In this document: piece after piece, positions 9,361 through 18,544 of the stretch
Position numbering within the stretch: position 1 is the first letter of the stretch
How the letters are laid out: each line of letters starts with the position of its first letter
Assembly (NCBI GenBank): GCA_032907345.1
Contig: JAJBWD010000222.1
Coordinates: forward strand, 1,550-65,549
Length of the DNA stretch: 64,000 nucleotides
Direction of reading: 5' to 3'
DNA from: Bacillota bacterium
Lineage (GTDB): Bacteria; Bacillota; Clostridia; Clostridiales; Clostridiaceae
Translations under genes and position numbers: made by a program
The notes under the pieces: generated by a model
Databases searched by the model: none
The model's input: the letters and a program-made list of their open reading frames with translations, nothing else
What the model was told of the DNA's origin: nothing

Positions 9361-9525
9361 ATGTTTTATTTAACTTATGACTTAGGAATGTATGATGATG
9401 AAACTATTTGTGAAGCATTTGATACAATAGAAGAACTTCTTGAAAGATATAAAGAAATACAATATGAAGTATGTGAAATAGAAGCATGGAAAGACGATAA
9501 AAAAATTGCTCCATGGTATAAATAA
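9361..9525 (+). CDS. hypothetical early protein (54 aa)
   Basis: RBS AAGGAG + ATG 9361; TAA 9523-25. Confidence 0.5.
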   Translation: MFYLTYDLGMYDDETICEAFDTIEELLERYKEIQYEVCEIEAWKDDKKIAPWYK

Positions 9526-9603
9526 TACTTGACAAAAGCCAAGCCCTTTGATATAATAAATACAGTTAAAGGAAAACAAAACACAAAAGAAAGGTGGTAC
9601 AAA

Positions 9604-9705
9604 ATGTCTCTTAACGAAATGATGAACTGTGGTGCAACTCTTGCGGAACTGCTTGCGGAATGTGGTGTAACTCCTGAGGAATTCAATGGCGAGGACGAGG
9701 ATTAA
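9604..9705 (+). CDS. tiny acidic protein (33 aa), related to 11290..11427
   Basis: Shares ...LAELL.E.G......EDED* with 11290..11427. The stop sits in the terminator stem. Confidence 0.4.
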   Translation: MSLNEMMNCGATLAELLAECGVTPEEFNGEDED

Positions 9706-9719
9706 TCCTCGTCCTTTTT
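9692..9719 (+). terminator. intrinsic terminator
   Basis: AGGACGAGGAT-TA-ATCCTCGTCCT followed by TTTTT. Confidence 0.8.
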
Positions 9720-9915
9720 GCGCGGCGCGCGGCTGGCCGTCCCTTGCCAGGCCGGGCCGGGAATCATTATACCACAGCCGCCAGAAAAAATCAATATCGG
9801 AAATGTGCACAAAGATCAGGCACAAAATTCCTAAAATTTTGTACAATATTTTACTTGACACGACTGCTGTCATGGGGTATAATGTATACATAAGATAAAG
9901 GAAAGGAGATACGAC

Positions 9916-10215
9916 ATGAACAGCAAGCATTGGAGAGCCGACCGCCAGAGACGTAGCCAGATTATCGCCCAGATCGGAATGGGGCAGGTTGTAAAGGAAG
10001 TCACTGTAGACCGTGGTCATAAGAACGGACCTGAAATTCATAAAATTACTACAACTGGACTGGTAGTAATTTATAACAAGCGGACAGGTATTATGATTAC
10101 CATTCTCATTGCAAGACCTAATCAAATTAAACGGTACTACGCAGAGAATGAAGCCCCGCAGGACATTATCAATCTTGCTATTGAGCACATGAGAGCAGGG
10201 TACAACAAAATTTAA
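9916..10215 (+). CDS. hypothetical early protein (99 aa)
   Basis: ORF track; promoter TTGACA..TATAAT about 9857-9885. Confidence 0.6.
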   Translation: MNSKHWRADRQRRSQIIAQIGMGQVVKEVTVDRGHKNGPEIHKITTTGLVVIYNKRTGIMITILIARPNQIKRYYAENEAPQDIINLAIEHMRAGYNKI

Positions 10216-10306
10216 AAAAAATTAAAAAAGGGCTTGACAAAAGCCAAGCCCTTTGATATAATAAATACAGTTAAAGGAAAACACCGATCGAGAAAAGAGG
10301 TTTAAA

Positions 10307-10537
10307 ATGAAAACTTACACAACTTACACTATCCTTAATGCAAAAGGTACAATCGTTGCTCTTTATGATAATGAAGCACAGGCAACAGAAAAATTAAATA
10401 AAGGTTTAAAAAGAGGTTGGAACTGGACACTTGAAACTACAGTCCATACAATCCGCACTCCCGAGGTTTGGGAAATGGCAGGTTGCAAGCAAGACGCAAC
10501 AAAAGTTAACTGGGGTAGGAATTGGATGCTTCAGTAA
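10307..10537 (+). CDS. hypothetical early protein (76 aa), paralog of 7249..7470
   Basis: ORF track; see the paralog. Confidence 0.7.
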   Translation: MKTYTTYTILNAKGTIVALYDNEAQATEKLNKGLKRGWNWTLETTVHTIRTPEVWEMAGCKQDATKVNWGRNWMLQ

Positions 10538-10632
10538 AAATTTTAAAAAAGGGCTTGACAAAAAGCCAAGCCCTTTGATATAATAATATCATCAAAGGAA
10601 AACAATAACACCAATCAAGAGAGGGTTTTAAA

Positions 10633-10815
10633 ATGACAAACATGACTGTAAGAGAAATGATTGAAGCACTTGAAGCCATTGCAAAAGAGTATGGTGATAA
10701 TGTTGAAGTATTAAACACTTGGAAATATAACAGTGAAAATCCCCATGATAGCAGTGTCAAAGAAGTTTATTTTCTTCTTGGAGATGGAGACCGCAAATAT
10801 GCAATGATTCACTAA
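10633..10815 (+). CDS. hypothetical early protein (60 aa)
   Basis: ORF track with the conserved 5'UTR. Confidence 0.55.
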   Translation: MTNMTVREMIEALEAIAKEYGDNVEVLNTWKYNSENPHDSSVKEVYFLLGDGDRKYAMIH

Positions 10816-10895
10816 AAAATTGAAAAAGGGGTTGACAAACTTTAACTCTTTTGATATAATATAATCATCAAGAGAAAGAAAGAGAGGAAATAAAA

Positions 10896-11066
10896 ATGAC
10901 ACACATTAATAATCTTCCTGATTACGCTAAGGATTATGATTTCATCGTAGCAAGAATCTGTGATAACGAATTCTGGTTCTGGGGTGCTTATGAGACTTTC
11001 AACAGAGCACAGGATGTAGCCGATGAAATCAATGGTATCGTAGTTATCAGAATGGAAAAGGGGTGA
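10896..11066 (+). CDS. hypothetical early protein (56 aa)
   Basis: RBS + ATG 10896; TGA 11064-66. Confidence 0.5.
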   Translation: MTHINNLPDYAKDYDFIVARICDNEFWFWGAYETFNRAQDVADEINGIVVIRMEKG

Positions 11067-11070
11067 TAAA

Positions 11071-11208
11071 ATGATGAACGAAAATAAAAAGGTGCGGAAG
11101 GCAAAAAACGCACAGAAACGTGTGCTTGTTCCCTTTAATACAGGAATCCGCACGCACAAGTCTAAAAAGGATTACAACCGTCAGAAATATAAAAAAATTG
11201 ATTTCTGA
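11071..11208 (+). CDS. small basic protein (45 aa)
   Basis: MMNENKKVRKAKNAQKR...THKSKKDYNRQKYKKIDF. Confidence 0.45.
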   Translation: MMNENKKVRKAKNAQKRVLVPFNTGIRTHKSKKDYNRQKYKKIDF

Positions 11209-11289
11209 CGGTTGACAAAAAGAAAAAATTTTGATATAATATAATCATCAAAGGAAAACAAACACACAAAAGAAAGGTGGTATAAAATA

Positions 11290-11427
11290 ATGTATTGTGG
11301 ACTTGCGGAACTGCTTGTGGAATATGGTCCAACTCTTGCGAAACGTGGCGTAGACCTTGCGGAATTTCTTGCAGGATGTAGATATAGCACAACTTCTAAG
11401 GAATCCAATGACGAGGACGAGGATTAA
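11290..11427 (+). CDS. tiny acidic protein (45 aa), related to 9604..9705
   Basis: ...NDEDED*; the stop is embedded in the terminator. Confidence 0.4.
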   Translation: MYCGLAELLVEYGPTLAKRGVDLAEFLAGCRYSTTSKESNDEDED

Positions 11428-11537
11428 TTCTTGTCCTTTTTTGACCGGGCCGCGGCGGTCTGCTTCTCACCGCCGCGGCCCGAAGTTCCATTATATCATA
11501 CCTGCCGCCTTTTTGTCAAGCATTTTTTCAAAAAAAA

Positions 11538-11567
11538 TGCACAAAGATCCATCCTGAATTTTGTGCA
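11538..11567. promoter_or_regulatory. operator-like inverted repeat TGCACAAA-N14-TTTGTGCA
   Basis: One of at least 10 copies lying between divergent promoters. Confidence 0.6.
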
Positions 11568-11715
11568 TTTTGTCTATTGCATTTTTTTGGTCTATCCCTT
11601 ATAATAATAATTGTCAAGGGGAGCGAGCCAAGATGAGGCTCAGGTATCTGCCACCTACATGAACCAGTGGTGCTCCCCTATACGGCGAATAAGAATAAAA
11701 CGAGAGGTGATAAAA

Positions 11716-11898
11716 ATGAGAAAACTTATGTCTGATAAAGAACTGAGAACTGTCATTGAAAAATTTGGTCTTAATCCTGATATTAAGGTTGAGCCTCTTT
11801 ATGTCTTAAACGTTCCTGTTGTTTTCCTTGGCTTTAACAGCAAAGGTCTGGAGATGTGGAAGTCAAAAGACGGAAAAAAACTTTACATTATGTATTGA
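11716..11898 (+). CDS. hypothetical early protein (60 aa) behind a ~100-nt structured leader
   Basis: RBS GAGAGG + ATG 11716. The leader GGGGAGC...GCTCCCC spans 11620-11680. Confidence 0.55.
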   Translation: MRKLMSDKELRTVIEKFGLNPDIKVEPLYVLNVPVVFLGFNSKGLEMWKSKDGKKLYIMY

Positions 11899-11962
11899 CT
11901 TTTTCCTAACTTATGATATAATATAATCATCAAAAGAAAACATCACAAAAGGAGAAAATACT

Positions 11963-12151
11963 ATGAGAAAAGTTGTTTACGGTAACGGTCTTTTTTGCTT
12001 CAACGATATTAAGGATTTGCCTGCTCCTGAGAGATTCGTTAAACTGGTAACTATTATTCCGCCCGATGAAATTGAATCTAAAGAAAAGTTTATGGCGGAA
12101 GCCATTAAAACAGGCCGTATTCATCCTCGGAAACGTCCTAAAGCAATTTAA
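11963..12151 (+). CDS. hypothetical early protein (62 aa)
   Basis: ORF track. Confidence 0.55.
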   Translation: MRKVVYGNGLFCFNDIKDLPAPERFVKLVTIIPPDEIESKEKFMAEAIKTGRIHPRKRPKAI

Positions 12152-12189
12152 AAAATTGCTTGACAATAAACTTTTAATCTGATATAATT

Positions 12190-12600
12190 AAATCATCGAA
12201 AGGGGAAATAAAATGAGAGGTCCACCGATTTAACGCCAAGTGGCTGACGGGCGCCACTAATTTAGCCCAAGCCTATCGAGGGCTATTGCTCACCAAAAAG
12301 AACTACTGCAAGTCCCAGAGCGCAGTGTGAGTGGAGATAGGTCAAAAGGTTCTTAATAAACTCCCTTATTGAAGAAAGAGGTAAATCAAATGGTAAATTA
12401 AAGCACCTTACCTACAAGGGGCAATGACATAAAGGAATGGGATAAAAGAGCGTAGGACAGCTCTCCCCTATGTAACATATTTTTCGATATTCCGGCAATA
12501 GTGGTAATTAATTATGAGAGACCCTCCGAAAGAAAAATAATTTAAAAATTTATATTAGATACGTTAGGCAGATTTGGTCATGTTACCAAATCCGCCTCTA
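12190..12600 (+). ncRNA. promoter-driven ORF-less transcript (~400 nt), unknown class
   Basis: Consensus promoter TTGACA 12161..GATATAAT. No ORF longer than 10 codons even with TAG=Gln. Internal repeat ATGAGAG(G/A)(T/C)CC(A/T)CCG at both ends. Confidence 0.4.
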
Positions 12601-12607
12601 TGTGCGT

Positions 12608-12680
12608 GGCGCGCGCCCGGACGTTCCTTTCCAGCGCGCGCCAAAATTCAATTATATCATACCACCAGCCTTTTTGTCAA
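12608..12680 (-). promoter_or_regulatory. minus-strand consensus promoter firing into a GC-rich hairpin (antisense unit)
   Basis: Reverse complement reads TTGACA (12675-80)-18-TGaTATAAT (12651-56), then GGCGCGCGC...GCGCGCGCC (12608-42). Confidence 0.6.
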
Positions 12681-12804
12681 TAGGAAAATCATACAAAAAT
12701 AAAATATTTTAAATCCCATAATTTGTATAATTTTACATATTGCTTTTTCTATGAGATATGATATAATATAATCATCAAAAGGAAATAATAAAAGGAGAAA
12801 TAAA

Positions 12805-13158
12805 ATGACTTATTATCAGACTAAAAAAGAAATTGATAGACTTACCGCTCTTCTTAATCAGACCTATACAACTGAAATTCCTTATCTTGCTAATAAAACT
12901 CGTTGTGTAGGACATGGAATGTTTATGGACACAGATGAAGTTTGTGTAAAATACAACGTCATTAATACTCCTGTTTACAGAGGACAGACAAGACAAGAAA
13001 TTGAAAAACAAATTAAAATACTTAAAGACAGTATTGCAGACGAGGAAGAAAAACGCCGTATTACCGCCAAATTAAAGAGGTATAAAAAAGAATTCGAAAC
13101 ATTAAATAAAAGAAAAGACTATCTTGAAAAATGGATTGCTGAAAATGAAGAAATTTAA
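12805..13158 (+). CDS. hypothetical early protein (117 aa)
   Basis: ORF track. Confidence 0.6.
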   Translation: MTYYQTKKEIDRLTALLNQTYTTEIPYLANKTRCVGHGMFMDTDEVCVKYNVINTPVYRGQTRQEIEKQIKILKDSIADEEEKRRITAKLKRYKKEFETLNKRKDYLEKWIAENEEI

Positions 13159-13240
13159 AAATTTCTTCTTGACAAAACTCTTTTAATCTAATATAATTAA
13201 ATCATCAAAAGGAAACAAACTTATAAAAAGGAGATAAATC

Positions 13241-13486
13241 ATGAAAGCTATTAGAACAATCCTTGTCCCTGTTGAAAAAGAGTGTGAAATCCTTTTCCGT
13301 ATCCGTTGCAATCCTATTTGCTATGACCCTCATTTTGCTCCAGGAGAACCTTTTTACGTAAAACAGGACGGAAAAGTTCTTTATTTTGAAGATGAAGAGG
13401 ACGCAAAAGCAACTATAAAGAAACTTGAAAAAGATTATCTTTTCGTAAAAATGGAAATTGAAGAGAAAATCATTTCTATTTTTTAA
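13241..13486 (+). CDS. hypothetical early protein (81 aa)
   Basis: ORF track. Confidence 0.6.
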   Translation: MKAIRTILVPVEKECEILFRIRCNPICYDPHFAPGEPFYVKQDGKVLYFEDEEDAKATIKKLEKDYLFVKMEIEEKIISIF

Positions 13487-13555
13487 AAAGGGGTTGACAA
13501 ATAACTATTCCTCTGATATAATATAATCATCAACAAAAGAAAAGGAGATAAAAAA

Positions 13556-13774
13556 ATGTTACGAGCGGAAACACCCTGTGACTTTGGTCCGTGCCCTTAT
13601 GAAGCTGAATATGGATGCACCTGCGCAACCTATTGCTCTGTGGATGAAGAAGCTTATCCCTATGATTCTGATAAAGAGTTCTATGAAGATGAAGAGGATG
13701 ATTGGGATGATGAACCTGATGTAGATGAATGCGGATTCGATCCCTACGAGGGATGTTATACCTACGATTGTTAA
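13556..13774 (+). CDS. acidic Cys-rich protein (72 aa)
   Basis: ORF track. Confidence 0.55.
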   Translation: MLRAETPCDFGPCPYEAEYGCTCATYCSVDEEAYPYDSDKEFYEDEEDDWDDEPDVDECGFDPYEGCYTYDC

Positions 13775-13778
13775 AAAT

Positions 13779-13810
13779 AAGGGGATAGTAAACACTATCC
13801 CCTTATTTTT
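13779..13810. terminator. bidirectional intrinsic terminator
   Basis: AAAAAT-AAGGGGATAG..CTATCCCCTT-ATTTTT. Confidence 0.75.
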
Positions 13811-13815
13811 GCTCG

Positions 13816-13877
13816 CCGCGCGCTCATCCAGGGCGCGCGGAAAAATCATTATATCACACCCGTCAGCTTTTTGTCAA
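13816..13877 (-). promoter_or_regulatory. minus-strand promoter + GC hairpin unit
   Basis: Reverse complement reads TTGACA 13872-77, 18-bp spacer, TGaTATAAT 13848-53. Hairpin CCGCGCGC..GCGCGCGG 13816-40. Terminator 13779-13810 lies downstream in the minus sense. Confidence 0.6.
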
Positions 13878-14270
13878 TAGGAATTTTATACAAAATATAA
13901 TTTTTTCTGATCCCGTAATTTGTGCAATATTACATATTGCATTTTTAACAGTTATCGCTTATAATAATAATTGTCAAGGGGAGAGCTTAAACCAACAGTT
14001 ACCTCATAGAGGTCGGAACGCTCATAAAAAAATCAAAAATAAAGGAAAAACCCCTTGACATAATCACCAAAAGGTGCTATAATAAATACATAAGGTGAGG
14101 GATGGAAGCAAGGGAAAGAACCCAAGACGCCAAGTTGTCGCAGTAAGTCTTCCTGATAAAGTCCCACCACCGCAAGGAGCCTGACTTTGCGGTATATAAA
14201 TGTGAACCAAGCGGTTAAATTCGCAACCCTATAGACTCTGGAAAGGGGTTGGTCAGGCGAGTCATTTTTA

Positions 14271-14357
14271 CGGCAGATATGCAAATGGTGAAGCAAGCGG
14301 TCTGTAAAACCGTGACCCTCAGGGTAAACATTGTAGGTTCAAATCCTACTCTGCCGA
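14271..14357 (+). tRNA. tRNA-Tyr (GUA), type II
   Basis: Acceptor CGGCAGA/TCTGCCG; anticodon arm GCGGT-CTGTAAA-ACCGT; long variable arm; T arm GTAGG-TTCAAAT-CCTAC. Confidence 0.8.
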
Positions 14358-14396
14358 CTATCACTTTTAATATTCCACCAGAAAAGGAGAATCACC

Positions 14397-14579
14397 ATGA
14401 TGAATTTCGCATCTTACATTGTAACCGTTAACGCTTCCTCTAACAAGGTCGCAGTCATCCGCAAGGCAATCGAGGCTACAGGTCTCTATATCCTTGACCT
14501 GAACGGTATCAAGGCGGTTGGAAAGGACTCTTATGAGTGCTCCGGCTGTTTCATCCGCCAGGGCGGGCAGAGGGTATAA
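14397..14579 (+). CDS. hypothetical early protein (60 aa)
   Basis: RBS AAAGGAG + ATG. Confidence 0.55.
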   Translation: MMNFASYIVTVNASSNKVAVIRKAIEATGLYILDLNGIKAVGKDSYECSGCFIRQGGQRV

Positions 14580-14797
14580 ACCCTCTGTTTTTTTGCCTGC
14601 GCCGCGTTGGTGCGTTTCTCTGCCAACGCGGCGCAAAATTTTATTATACCACACCGCTGGCCTTTTTGTCAAGCGAAATCTACAATAAAAATAAACAAAA
14701 TCTGATCCCGAAATTTGTGCATTTTGCCTATTGTATTTTTAAAAGCTATCCCTTATAATTATACTTGTCAAAAGGAAAGCAACAGAAAGGAATAAAT

Positions 14798-14980
14798 ATG
14801 ACACATAAAGAATTTATCAAAGCTACTTTCACTGTTCTTGCTGAAACTGATAACGCTATTTTCTTTGACGCATATGGTGAAAAGGTGGCAGAAATCAATG
14901 GCGCTTCCTTTGATTGTTCTTCCGTAGAAGAGTTTTATGAGATGGTCGAAATGTTTGGCAATGATACTTTTGAGGTATAA
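14798..14980 (+). CDS. hypothetical early protein (60 aa)
   Basis: ATG 14798 after AAAGGAA. Confidence 0.55.
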   Translation: MTHKEFIKATFTVLAETDNAIFFDAYGEKVAEINGASFDCSSVEEFYEMVEMFGNDTFEV

Positions 14981-14983
14981 AAA

Positions 14984-15154
14984 ATGATAGGACAGATTGT
15001 TTTTGTAATTTACCTTATTAGTATGTTAATTATCGGTATTTGTGGAATTGATTATAAACCAAGAAATAAATTTAATTTTAATTGGGTTTTTACCTTATTT
15101 ATAATTTTATTTGTAATAAGTCCTATAATTGCAAAATTTTGTGGATTAACTTAA
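14984..15154 (+). CDS. small membrane protein (56 aa)
   Basis: Two hydrophobic segments; TAA 15152-54. Confidence 0.45.
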   Translation: MIGQIVFVIYLISMLIIGICGIDYKPRNKFNFNWVFTLFIILFVISPIIAKFCGLT

Positions 15155-15222
15155 AATTTTCCTTGACAACTTCTTTAAAATATGATAATATATAATCATC
15201 AAAAGAAAGGAAGGAACAATAA

Positions 15223-15672
15223 ATGAAAACACTTGTATTTGATATGGATGGTACTCTTGCTGATACTTATAGCGTCAATGGATGGCTTCAGATGCTTAGA
15301 GCGGAAAACCCTGCGCCGTACATTAAAGCTAAACCCTTTTATGACATGGTGCTCCTGACCGCTATCCTGTGGGTTCTTAAAAATGACGGTTGGAGAATTG
15401 CCGTTACATCGTGGCTTGCTAAGGATTCTACCCCTGAATATGATGCAAAAGTCAGGCAGGCAAAAATTGATTGGCTTCGCAGATATGACTTCCCTTATGA
15501 TGAACTTCATATTGTAGAATATGGAACTGTTAAAGAAACCTGTACAAAAGACCTCGGCGGTTTTCAGATTCTATTTGATGATGATGAACGTGTGAGAAAA
15601 AGTTGGACACTTGGAGATGCTATTGACGCAAATCAAAATATTATTCCGTTTCTATCGGAACTGATTGCTTAA
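15223..15672 (+). CDS. HAD-superfamily 5'(3')-deoxyribonucleotidase-like phosphatase (second copy)
   Basis: VFDMDGTLADT and ...ILFDDDE. Confidence 0.65.
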   Translation: MKTLVFDMDGTLADTYSVNGWLQMLRAENPAPYIKAKPFYDMVLLTAILWVLKNDGWRIAVTSWLAKDSTPEYDAKVRQAKIDWLRRYDFPYDELHIVEYGTVKETCTKDLGGFQILFDDDERVRKSWTLGDAIDANQNIIPFLSELIA

Positions 15673-15677
15673 AAACC

Positions 15678-15700
15678 AGAGGGCGTATGCCCTCTTTTTT
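15678..15700. terminator. bidirectional intrinsic terminator
   Basis: AAAAACC-AGAGGGC-GTAT-GCCCTCT-TTTTT. Confidence 0.75.
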
Positions 15701-16249
15701 GCTCGTGCCGCGGTCCACAGGGCCGCGGCGAAAATTCCATTATATCATACTCCTGAGATTTTATCAAGTGAAAATCTGCACAAACTTACATCAATTCAGA
15801 TCCCGTAATTTGTGCAATATTCCGATATTGTATTTTTTAAAAATTTTTAGTATAATATAATTGTTCCAAGAGAGAAAGGAATTAAAAAACTCTCCCCTTT
15901 TCGGCAGATTACCGTTTGACAGCCACCTTCAAGGAGTAAGGAAATAACATAAACGGCGTTTCAAGGATTACCTGTCCATTTTCTTTGGCGTGAAAAGAAA
16001 TAAAAGGTAGCAAGCATCGGCGCCGTGCTTGCGAAAAAAATAAAAAAAGTTCTTGACAAAGACAAGAATTTTTGATATAATATCTTTACAAGGTAAGGAA
16101 AAGAAAATAAATGGTTACGGCTATGGGGTAAGGCTCTGGTCAATCATTTAAAAAACTTTTAAAAAAGCCTTGACAAAGAAAAAATCTTATGATATAATAA
16201 ATACATAAGATAAAGAAAACAAATTCATTCATCAAAAAGGAGAAAAAGT

Positions 16250-16654
16250 ATGGCAAATGTTATGACTTATGCAACTGCAATCGAAATCGCAATCAAGGCT
16301 CTCGGTGATACAAATCCTGAAGCCGTTGACCGCCTGAACGCTCTTACTGTACAGCTTGCAAAGCGTGGCTCTAAGGGTGGCATGACCAAAACCCAGAAAG
16401 CCAATGAGGAAATCAAGGCAATCATTCTTGATATTCTGGCAGAGGTAGAGGACTTTGTTCCTATGGCTGACCTGCTTGCAGATGACCGTCTGCCCGAGGG
16501 CATGTCTGTCCAGAAAATGGGTGCTCTGCTTGGTCAGCTTGTAAAGGCTGAAAAGGTCGTCCGTAAGGTCTATAAAAAGCGCACCCTGTACGCTATCGCA
16601 GGCACGGAGTTTGTTGCTCCTGATGCCGAGGTAGCAGAGGGCGAGGACGCCTAA
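16250..16654 (+). CDS. hypothetical protein (134 aa), visibly GC-richer; paralog of 20423..20824
   Basis: MAN.MTY..AI...IKALG.TNPEA..RLNAL.VQL.KRG.KGG.TKTQK.NEEIKA.IL.ILAE.E.F.PMAD...D.RL... Confidence 0.7.
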   Translation: MANVMTYATAIEIAIKALGDTNPEAVDRLNALTVQLAKRGSKGGMTKTQKANEEIKAIILDILAEVEDFVPMADLLADDRLPEGMSVQKMGALLGQLVKAEKVVRKVYKKRTLYAIAGTEFVAPDAEVAEGEDA

Positions 16655-16696
16655 TCTGTCGGGGAGTTTACGGTCTCCCTTATTAAAACCGCCTAT

Positions 16697-16769
16697 GTGC
16701 CCGTAGCTCAGTTGGTAGAGCATTTGACTTTTAATCAAAGGGCCGAGGGTTCAAGTCCCTTCGGGCACA
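16697..16769 (+). tRNA. tRNA-Lys (UUU)
   Basis: Acceptor GTGCCCG/CGGGCAC; anticodon arm TTTGA-CTTTTAA-TCAAA; T arm GAGGG-TTCAAGT-CCCTT. Confidence 0.85.
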
Positions 16770-17049
16770 CTTGACTGACTTTTATTTGTCCTCCTTTCTG
16801 TGTGTGGGCCTGGAATATTCCAGGCCCTATTTTTATGCTTGGCCCGCGCCTGCGCGTAGTGCTCCGGCGCGGGCCAATTTTTTATTATACCATGCCGCCA
16901 GCTTTTTTGTCAATAGAAAATCTATACAAATATTTAATTTAAATATTCCCGTAATTTGTATAATATTACCTATTGCATTTTTAATGGTTATCGCTTATAA
17001 TAATAATTGTCAAGAGGACAGCACAACATCACACAAAGGAGATTCTAAT

Positions 17050-17541
17050 ATGAAAAAATCTTATGAAGAGCGTGGTATTAAGTTCGGTACATATCTTGCG
17101 AAGCTGTTTCAGGATTGTGATTGTTATAATGATTTTAGGAAAATCATTATGGAATATAACAGATGCCATACCCGTAAGTTAAAATGGGCAAGTGGTTTTA
17201 CCCGAATTGCTATTATTCGTGCTGACTATGTAATTAAATTTACATATAGAAAAGGTACTCGTATCGGTGACTGTGAAAGCGAAAGAGCAATATATGTACA
17301 GGCAGAAAAAGCAGGTATGGCTCACCTTTTTGCAAAAACTACTCTTGTCACAGAATATGGCTTAACTTTTGCTGTAATGCCTAAAATCAATGGAATCGGC
17401 AACTATTCTCTTAACTGGAGAGAACATTGCACATGGGAAGAGCAAAAGTGGATTAATGCTCATGTTATCGACTTGCATGAAGATAATGTAGGTTATCGTA
17501 GAGATAAAGTTTGCATTGTTGATTATGCTTATGTCAGATAA
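17050..17541 (+). CDS. protein-kinase-like fold protein (163 aa), distant paralog of 33578..34219
   Basis: RBS AAAGGAG + ATG 17050. VIKF...E...; catalytic-loop-like IDLHEDNVGY and IVDYA. Confidence 0.45.
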   Translation: MKKSYEERGIKFGTYLAKLFQDCDCYNDFRKIIMEYNRCHTRKLKWASGFTRIAIIRADYVIKFTYRKGTRIGDCESERAIYVQAEKAGMAHLFAKTTLVTEYGLTFAVMPKINGIGNYSLNWREHCTWEEQKWINAHVIDLHEDNVGYRRDKVCIVDYAYVR

Positions 17542-17638
17542 AAAAATGCGCCCGATTAGTAATAAAACTGGTCGGGCGCGCATCGACCGGGATGCGCGCC
17601 AAAAATTCTATTATATCATGCCGTGGCATTTTTGTCAA
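17541..17638 (-). ncRNA. predicted ~60-nt antisense sRNA unit (promoter, GC hairpin, terminator)
   Basis: Reverse complement reads TTGACA 17633-38, 17-bp spacer, TGaTATAAT 17610-15. GGCGCGCATC..GATGCGCGCC spans 17575-600. GCGCCCGA..TCGGGCGC + UUUUUUU spans 17541-79. The two hairpins overlap by 5 nt. Confidence 0.55.
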
Positions 17639-17646
17639 GAGAAAAA

Positions 17647-17688
17647 CTGCACAAATTTTGATTTATTTTTATCCCAAAATTTGTGCAG
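17647..17688. promoter_or_regulatory. operator-like perfect inverted repeat CTGCACAAATTTTG-N14-CAAAATTTGTGCAG
   Basis: Read directly from the sequence. Confidence 0.65.
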
Positions 17689-17817
17689 ATTTTTTAAAAA
17701 TTTTGCTTGCGTTTCCGCTTGCTATCCTTTATAATAATACTTGTAAGAAATAAACAACAGCAAACAATAGTAAAGGAGATAGGTAGGGGAAAGTTGGATA
17801 GAAGAATTAAATACCTT

Positions 17818-18489
17818 ATGGGCGTTGACACTGAAACTTGTAATAGTCTTACTCTTGACGGTGATAAATTAGATTTATCACAGTCTCTTGTATATGACAT
17901 TGGTTGGGTTATCACTGACAAAAGAGGTAACATTTATAAAGAACGTTCTTTCTTGATTTATGAAATCTTTGTAGCAATGAAAGACGTTATGGCGTCCGCT
18001 TATTATGCTGATAAAATCCCTATGTATTGGGAAGAAATTAAAAGCGGTCGGCGGAAACTGGTTAGATTCCAGACTATGTATAATGCCTTTTGGAAAGATT
18101 TAAAAGAATTTGGAGTAAAGGCAATTTTTGCCCATAATGCACATTTTGATTATAGGGCTTTAACTAATACCATTCGATGGGTACATAAATCAAAAAAGCG
18201 TTTCTTTTTCCCTTATAAAATGGAAATTTGGGATACTTTGAAAATGGCAAGACAAACAATCGGAAAACAGAAAAGTTACGAGAAATGGTGTATTAAAAAT
18301 GAATACATGACAAAACACAAAACACCTCGTGTTCGTCTTACTGCTGAAATTCTTTACAGGTATATTTCAGGCGATAACACATTTGATGAAGCACATACTG
18401 GCCTTGAAGATGTTTTGATTGAAACTAAAATTATGGTTCATTGTTTTAAACAGCATAAAAAAATGGATTATCGGCTTTTTACTACTTGA
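17818..18489 (+). CDS. DEDDh 3'-5' exonuclease (DnaQ/epsilon-like)
   Basis: GVDTET (Exo I), AHNAHFDYRAL (Exo II) and HTGLEDVLIE (Exo III). The start is uncertain (TTG 17794 or ATG 17818). Confidence 0.7.
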   Translation: MGVDTETCNSLTLDGDKLDLSQSLVYDIGWVITDKRGNIYKERSFLIYEIFVAMKDVMASAYYADKIPMYWEEIKSGRRKLVRFQTMYNAFWKDLKEFGVKAIFAHNAHFDYRALTNTIRWVHKSKKRFFFPYKMEIWDTLKMARQTIGKQKSYEKWCIKNEYMTKHKTPRVRLTAEILYRYISGDNTFDEAHTGLEDVLIETKIMVHCFKQHKKMDYRLFTT

Positions 18490-18544
18490 CAAATAAAAAA
18501 TTTTATGATAAAATTTTTTTAGAAAATAAAGAAAGGGGTACGCT

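Noticed and set aside
9382-10188. A 268-aa minus-strand ORF, plus other minus-strand ORFs in the early array (8492..8830, 10842..11159, 16232..16738, 20399..20890 and others).
   Set aside because: They run across consensus plus-strand promoters, terminator hairpins and a tRNA. They have low-complexity, junk-like sequence and no RBS. They mirror well-supported plus-strand genes.
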